The translations under genes were made by a program, and so were the position numbers. From a virus (Duplodnaviria; Caudoviricetes), in IMG/VR virus record IMGVR_UViG_3300025669_000056, positions 1 to 47,931 of that record: a stretch of DNA of 47,931 nucleotides; one strand, 5' to 3'. Below, piece by piece: positions 45,542 to 47,931 of this stretch (position 1 is its first letter; each line of letters starts with the position of its first letter). The notes beneath the pieces are model-generated. The model was not told the DNA's origin. It saw only the letters and a program-made list of their open reading frames with translations, and made no database searches.

Positions 45542-47931
45542 ATGTCTAATAAGATCAGTAAGGAAGTCTTTTCAAAAGGTTTTGACAGTAACAACGCACC
45601 GTTGCTTCTTGACTCTGGAGAGATAGCCGGAGGAGAAAATCTTAGGGCAGTTGGAAGTCGTGGTGGATGGAAAGGCAGGAAGGGCTGTACATTGAGGAAC
45701 ACTACTGCTGCCGGAAGTGCCGTTGTGGAAGCTATTCCTTATGAGAATCCGGTGTCTGATTACTTCAGGGTCTTGTATCACTATGGAGACTACTTCTACG
45801 CCGGGGCAGCCCCATTGACACAGGCAGCAGGACTTGGTTCCACTCTTGGTCTAGACATCGGAGCTTCAGTCGGCTCTTCTTGCATGATAGGTGAACAACT
45901 TTATTATGCTAACGGCGAGGAGAGACCTTCAGTTTATTCCGGAGATGCTATAGCATGTAGAGGATTTGTTGTAAATGATAACGTTGTATGGAGTGATTTT
46001 ACTAAAGAAGTGGTAGATCAAAAAACTACTACTCATGGAAGGATGCTTTTTACAAACGGTGTAGGAACTGATGCTATCTATGTTTGTGGACATGAGAAAA
46101 TGTCTGCAATTTTAATAACTCTTGGAACTGCTTACAATGTAATTGACACAACTACCATAGTTGTCTCTGCATGGAGAAGTGGGGCATGGGCAGCTACGGC
46201 TGCTCTCTCTGATGGAACAACTGCGGGAACTACCACTTTTAGGCAAAGTGGGACTATCTCTTGGACTGCTTCAGATCTAGACGAGATGAAAGTTATCGCA
46301 GGAACTATGGGTTATTGGTATAAGATTACTTGTGCTAATACCACTTCAGCTATTCATATTACTGATTGTAAAGTTACTTCTCCTTTCTCATTCATGACTA
46401 ACAAGTGGGACGGAATTTATGGTTATTCTGCTGGAGCACTTTTTTACGACTTCACCGGGACCGTTTACTACGAAGGACTTGGCGCAGTGTCTAATGAATC
46501 TGAGGCTACTTACCTAGACATAGGAGCAGGAACAAGTTCAGATTTTCTCTATATCAAAGGAACTTCTCCTCTTGCTGGAGTAGGCATAGGACTTGTTACA
46601 GGAAAAGAGAATATCATAGCTTCAGTTATTGATGATGTGGAAGTCTGGGAAGATACTGGTTGGTCTTCTATTGCAGGAATTGATGATGGAACTTCTGATG
46701 GGACAAGTTCTTTCCATCAGTCAGGTCAGATCTTCTGGGATTTCTCTTCTGTAACGCCGGTTAGAAGGAGTTTTAATTCTGATAATCTTGCTGGTTATTG
46801 GTATAGAATCTCTTGGGATGTTACATTGACTAATGAGGTTCAGATTTACCTAATAGTTGTGGCACTTGCTCCGACAGAGATTTCATATGCTTCTGGTTGC
46901 GTGGAATTTGACAGTAGGTTAATGCTCTGGGGAGACCCTCTTTATAGAAATAGACTTAAATATTCTACTAAAGGGAAACCTGATAACATTGGGAGTAGCA
47001 GCTCAGGCTACACTGGTATATTTGGAAAAGGAGATGAGGTTACTGTAGCTAAGTCTTTTTCTGAATATCTTTTAGTTGGTAAAGAAACAGGAGTTTATTT
47101 ATTGGCTAAGAGCTTCGATATAAAAAAGGTAACTTCTGAAGTAGGGATTGTCTCTCCAGATACGCTGCAAATTGTAGAAGTGGGTACGTCAAATATGCAG
47201 AAAGAGTTGATTATTAATGTTGCTATTTGGCTCGATGCAGATGGTGTTTATCAGTATGACATGGAAGGTGTTGCAAAGATCTCACTTCCGATAGACAACT
47301 ATTTTAATTCTAACTCTTCAGACTATCTTACGATTGCTGCTATCGCAGCAGCTAAGAGTTTCATAGATCAAGAAAGGAACGAATATCATCTTCTTATAGG
47401 CTCTACAGAACTTGTTTATAACTATGCTTACCAAAAATGGTATCCACCTTGGGACAGAGAGATCTCACTGCTTAATGGTGTGTCTTTTAGGGCAGACGAT
47501 AAGGCTTTCTATTCTCTTGGAATGTCTACCTCCGGTTTCGTAATGGAACTAGAAAATGCCACTTCAGATAGATCTGTTACTAATGTAGCAACTCCAATTA
47601 CACAGATGATAAGAACCAGAGTTCTCACTTCTGATGAAAATGGACTTTCAATTTTCTTTAATCTTAGGCATATATGGCTTGTAGTTAAATCTGATATCTC
47701 AGCATATATCACAGATCTTACTGTGAATCTTTATAAGAACTTTTCTCTTACTCCTAGTACAATTGATACTATTAATCTTAATGTAGCCAATGTGACTTAT
47801 ACTACTATCAAAATTGACGTTTCTGAAACGGACTGCACTGCTTTTGAGATCTTATGTACTATAGGACAGGTAAACAGAACATTTGAAATTCATGAGATTA
47901 TTTATGAGTATGAACAAAGAAGTATTATTTT
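45542..47931 (+). CDS. Tail tubular protein B / nozzle-like beta-propeller protein (about 798 aa including the wrap to position 155; absent from the ORF track)
   Basis: ATG 45542 (MSNKISKEVFSKGFDSNN...GEIAGGENLR...RKG); frame is consistent to the contig end and closes at TAA 153-155 via the terminal repeat; follows the adaptor and precedes the ejection proteins. Confidence 0.75.
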   Translation, partial: MSNKISKEVFSKGFDSNNAPLLLDSGEIAGGENLRAVGSRGGWKGRKGCTLRNTTAAGSAVVEAIPYENPVSDYFRVLYHYGDYFYAGAAPLTQAAGLGSTLGLDIGASVGSSCMIGEQLYYANGEERPSVYSGDAIACRGFVVNDNVVWSDFTKEVVDQKTTTHGRMLFTNGVGTDAIYVCGHEKMSAILITLGTAYNVIDTTTIVVSAWRSGAWAATAALSDGTTAGTTTFRQSGTISWTASDLDEMKVIAGTMGYWYKITCANTTSAIHITDCKVTSPFSFMTNKWDGIYGYSAGALFYDFTGTVYYEGLGAVSNESEATYLDIGAGTSSDFLYIKGTSPLAGVGIGLVTGKENIIASVIDDVEVWEDTGWSSIAGIDDGTSDGTSSFHQSGQIFWDFSSVTPVRRSFNSDNLAGYWYRISWDVTLTNEVQIYLIVVALAPTEISYASGCVEFDSRLMLWGDPLYRNRLKYSTKGKPDNIGSSSSGYTGIFGKGDEVTVAKSFSEYLLVGKETGVYLLAKSFDIKKVTSEVGIVSPDTLQIVEVGTSNMQKELIINVAIWLDADGVYQYDMEGVAKISLPIDNYFNSNSSDYLTIAAIAAAKSFIDQERNEYHLLIGSTELVYNYAYQKWYPPWDREISLLNGVSFRADDKAFYSLGMSTSGFVMELENATSDRSVTNVATPITQMIRTRVLTSDENGLSIFFNLRHIWLVVKSDISAYITDLTVNLYKNFSLTPSTIDTINLNVANVTYTTIKIDVSETDCTAFEILCTIGQVNRTFEIHEIIYEYEQRSII
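47784..47931. repeat. Terminal direct repeat, right copy
   Basis: 147/148 identity to 1-148. Confidence 0.97.

Overview
The window appears to be a complete, circularly permuted genome of a tailed dsDNA phage. Unit length is 47,783 bp, and positions 1-148 repeat at 47784-47931 with one mismatch. The architecture is podovirus-like. A leftward early/replication arm (about 6.7-23.3 kb) encodes a UDG-family-4/exonuclease/PolA fusion with His at the E. coli F762 position, a DUF3987/MCM-like ATPase, a Sak4-like AAA_24 ATPase, an SSB-like protein, a Cas4-like nuclease and many small ORFs. A rightward late arm (23.9 kb to the end, wrapping to 6.6 kb) encodes TerS, TerL, an 11 kb appendage/lysis block, portal, scaffold, major capsid protein, tail tubular proteins and ejection proteins. 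I found no integrase, repressor, RNA polymerase, primase, tRNA or CRISPR array. The strongest candidate for an undescribed system is a run of six consecutive tail/adhesin-like genes (27667-36313) that each start with a classical Sec signal peptide. They sit next to signal-less structural proteins, one of which shares an N-terminal module with an exported member, which suggests phage appendages that are exported and assembled outside the cytoplasm. The second standout is a 331-bp degenerate palindrome (21090-21420) with two outward-facing sigma70 promoters and an A32 tract at its axis, a candidate origin in a genome with no visible primase. All family assignments come from reading motifs by eye; no database searches were run.
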